64,000 nucleotides of DNA from Takakia lepidozioides (Eukaryota; Plantae; Bryophyta): the NCBI GenBank assembly GCA_030704615.1, contig CM060733.1, positions 1,798,001 to 1,862,000 of the forward strand, written 5' to 3'. How positions within the stretch are numbered: the stretch's first letter is position 1; every line of letters starts with the position of its first letter. This document shows, piece by piece, positions 61,801-64,000 of the stretch. Under the pieces are notes generated by a model that was not told where the DNA came from, searched no databases, and saw only the letters and a list, made by a program, of their open reading frames with translations. A program made the position numbers and the translations under genes.

Positions 61801-64000
61801 CTCAGTATTTAGCAATTATGGAGGCCCTGGCAGCAACAGCAGAGAAACATTACCGCGAATTGACAGATGAGACAGAAGGATTTTATGATTACTTTTACGA
61901 AGCAACAGTGGTGAACGAGATAAGCCTCATCAACATTGGGAGCCGCCCTGCTCGCCGCAAGGCCGGGGTTCGTGATAAGTCCTCCTTGCGTGCCATTCCT
62001 TGGGTGTTTGGATGGGCCCAGGTAACCTGCCTGTCTACCCCAGTGCCCCCTCTGCCTATCTTCCCTATCTTTCTGTAACTCGCCCTCCATAATCTTGTCA
62101 GTGGGTCAGTCTTTATTCTGTTAACTACAGATGCGTCCTGGCTATACTGCACCTACTGTAGCCCAGGTAGTTGGATTTCCCTTCGACTCCTGTTTGAAGA
62201 TTGGCTAGGACCTACCCTGAGGGTATAGTATAGTCACACCGAGATACTTACCTGTGGAGCCAGTTGTGGGATTTCAATCCAAACTCCAAACTCATGCCAA
62301 AATTGCAACAGACCTTGACACAGCCAATGACTATCTAGTGACACAGGGGTCAGTGAGTAGCACAGACATCACAATAGGCAGCATATTGTTGGTTCCTTAC
62401 AATGACCCATGTGAGACATGTTTGCACTGCTTTGCCACACCATGGATGGTATTGACAGAAAGAAAGGCATCAATAACGTTCTTCCAAGGCCTAAATGGCC
62501 AGAAGAGCTCACAAAGTTGTTGAATTGGTTGATGGGATGGCAGTCGAGGCATACGCTGCCAGCGTGGTATGGGGTCGGCAGCGGTATGCTGGGCTACACA
62601 AACAACCAGCCCGAGCGGATAAAAGAGCTGCAGCGCATGTATATAGAGTGGCCCTTCTTCCGCACCTTCCTCTCCAGTGTGCAGGTACTTGCCTCCTTTA
62701 ATGGAGGATAAGGCTACCCTAGCATTGTAAGATTTTAGAGGTGCATTGCAAAATGATGGACTTGGGTTTGAAGTAAACCAGCTTAGCTTCAGCACCTAAC
62801 ACACCATAACTGGATGAGTTGGGTGACATGAACAGATGTCACTATTCAAAGCATCAATGGAGATCGCTCAAGAATATGCGCGGCTTTGCGGGTACTGTGT
62901 CAGATCCCTTTTGGCCTGTATTTAGCTACTCTGAGCTGTGTAGCTGCCGCTCAAATCTCTTTAGCCCTGTAAACTGGGAAGGCATGTAATTGTCATCCAT
63001 TACCTATATTCTTAGAATGACATTGTCTGTAGAAAGAGCAGATGGCAAGGTGGCGTCTTGGTTCTTGTCATCTTCCCCCTCCCGTGTATGGTCATGTTTC
63101 TTAGTTTATATTTTAGGTGTTTACTCTGGTTATAAAAAAAGTTGGGTGCATCATGTCAATGGTTTTCCAATGTTCTGAAAATGTAATGCATTGGCTGGTC
63201 GAGGTTAGAATGTAGCAAACCCTATCTGTCAATGGTCCTCAAAGCTGCATTTTGGCTGCTGTAGATAGTGGTACACCTGCTTTCTCATTTTGCTTGTGCA
63301 CCTTACTCACTGCTTCTACTCTCGTTTCTCCCACTTGGTCAGAAATCGCATAACAGAGAAGCTGGTGTATGATTTGGTGGCTCAAGAGTATTTTTTGACT
63401 AAGGCACAGGTATGTGTTTACCTCCTACTCTACATTCCATGGGCCCTTATGCTTCTACTTTCATTTCTCCCACTTGGGCCGAAATTGCATAACAGAGAAG
63501 CTTGTGTATCTTTGTCTTCTTTTCATGGATGTTTCTGACGACCAGCATGATTGAAACCCTGTTGTCGAAGAGTTTGTCTGTCTGGCGCCGTGTCTGAAGA
63601 CTGAATTTGTGTGTATTTGAACATGGGGATCTCTTTACCTCTTCCTCTCCCGGTGGATGTTATAAAGTTCTTTCTTTCCTCCCCCTTTAGTTGACCGTTG
63701 TGCATGAGCAGTGGTGGGGTAACTTGCATGACCAGCTCTGGGGGATTGGTGTTCCATGGGCACCATGCCTTGATCATTGCCAATGTTCTTTGTACCTGGC
63801 TGTTGCTACATTGGTCACCAGCTCAAACTCTTGCATACCACCAAGATCACCTCAACAGCTTAAAGATATTACTGAGGTGAACCTGGCTTTGGGTACTTGG
63901 TCCAATTGTGGATTGGATGTACAGTTTCTGATGGTGTCTCAACAAAATGCACTGCTGGAAGATAACCCAAGCTTGGAAAGATCCTTTGACACACGGCGCA
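49810..64000 (+). CDS. PPC: Phosphoenolpyruvate carboxylase with an N-terminal ACT domain; 27 exons modelled (49810-50127, 50642-50828, 51108-51176, 51303-51404, 51813-51902, 52143-52262, 52767-52862, 53317-53373, 54135-54278, 54422-54509, 54909-54994, 55478-55600, 55974-56081, 56757-56864, 57573-57704, 57788-57910, 58049-58192, 59555-59668, 59858-59935, 60201-60392, 61213-61311, 61487-61555, 61806-62021, 62544-62684, 62836-62891, 63343-63409, 63925->64000); true start uncertain, 3' end outside the window
   Basis: The spliced frame is open throughout and contains [87 protein letters not shown] and LRAIPW. Confidence 0.93.
53058..53146 (+). repeat. LINE-B tail copy in a PEPC intron
   Basis: Matches the reverse complement of 29920-30012. 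Confidence 0.88.
53736..54030 (-). mobile_element. 5'-truncated LINE-B copy in a PEPC intron
   Basis: Tail plus the end of ORF2; matches 29920-30200. Confidence 0.88.
56278..56328 (-). repeat. LINE-B tail fragment
   Basis: (GAAAT)n GGTGCTTTATAACGTCCGCGGAAAGCTCATAGAGC. Confidence 0.85.
58385..58760 (+). repeat. Two LINE-A 3' fragments in a PEPC intron
   Basis: 58385-58460 matches the tail; 58470-58760 is a diverged copy of 7680-7965. Confidence 0.82.
60588..60650 (+). repeat. LINE-B tail copy in a PEPC intron
   Basis: CTTTGTCCCATAAGCTCTACGAGCCTTCCGCGGACGTTATAAAGCACCATTTCAT. Confidence 0.85.

Noticed and set aside
62244-62254. ATACTTACCTG, identical to the U1 snRNA 5' end
   Set aside because: The downstream sequence shows no U1 stem-loops or Sm site. 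It is simply a consensus donor (CAGGTAAGTAT) on the opposite strand.

Overview
Eukaryotic, intron-rich, TE-rich DNA. The proteins are plant-like and suggest a non-seed streptophyte (inference). Five host genes were modelled by hand from splice sites and protein motifs: the 3' part of TRAPPC11 (+, 1558-5549); a 15-exon nicotinate phosphoribosyltransferase (NAPRT; +, 12631-20542); an intronless SMIM8/DUF4500-like gene (-); a RidA enamine deaminase (-); and a large PEP carboxylase (PEPC; +, ~49.8 kb to the window end). The PEPC is the most unusual element. Its motifs resemble a free-living-bacterial PEPC clade rather than plant-type or plant BTPC enzymes, it carries an N-terminal ACT domain after a transit-peptide-like extension, and 23 of its 26 introns are phase 0. 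The introns are also odd: many are C/T-rich just after the donor and G-rich, with no polypyrimidine tract, just before the acceptor, and 4 of 47 modelled donors are non-GT (three GC, one GA). The rest is mobile DNA: two RTEX-like LINE families with microsatellite tails and many dispersed 3' fragments, a three-level nest (Copia in LINE in L1, plus a MITE), tRNA-derived SINEs, and hAT and PIF/Harbinger MITEs. Exon models come from sequence only and have no transcript support.
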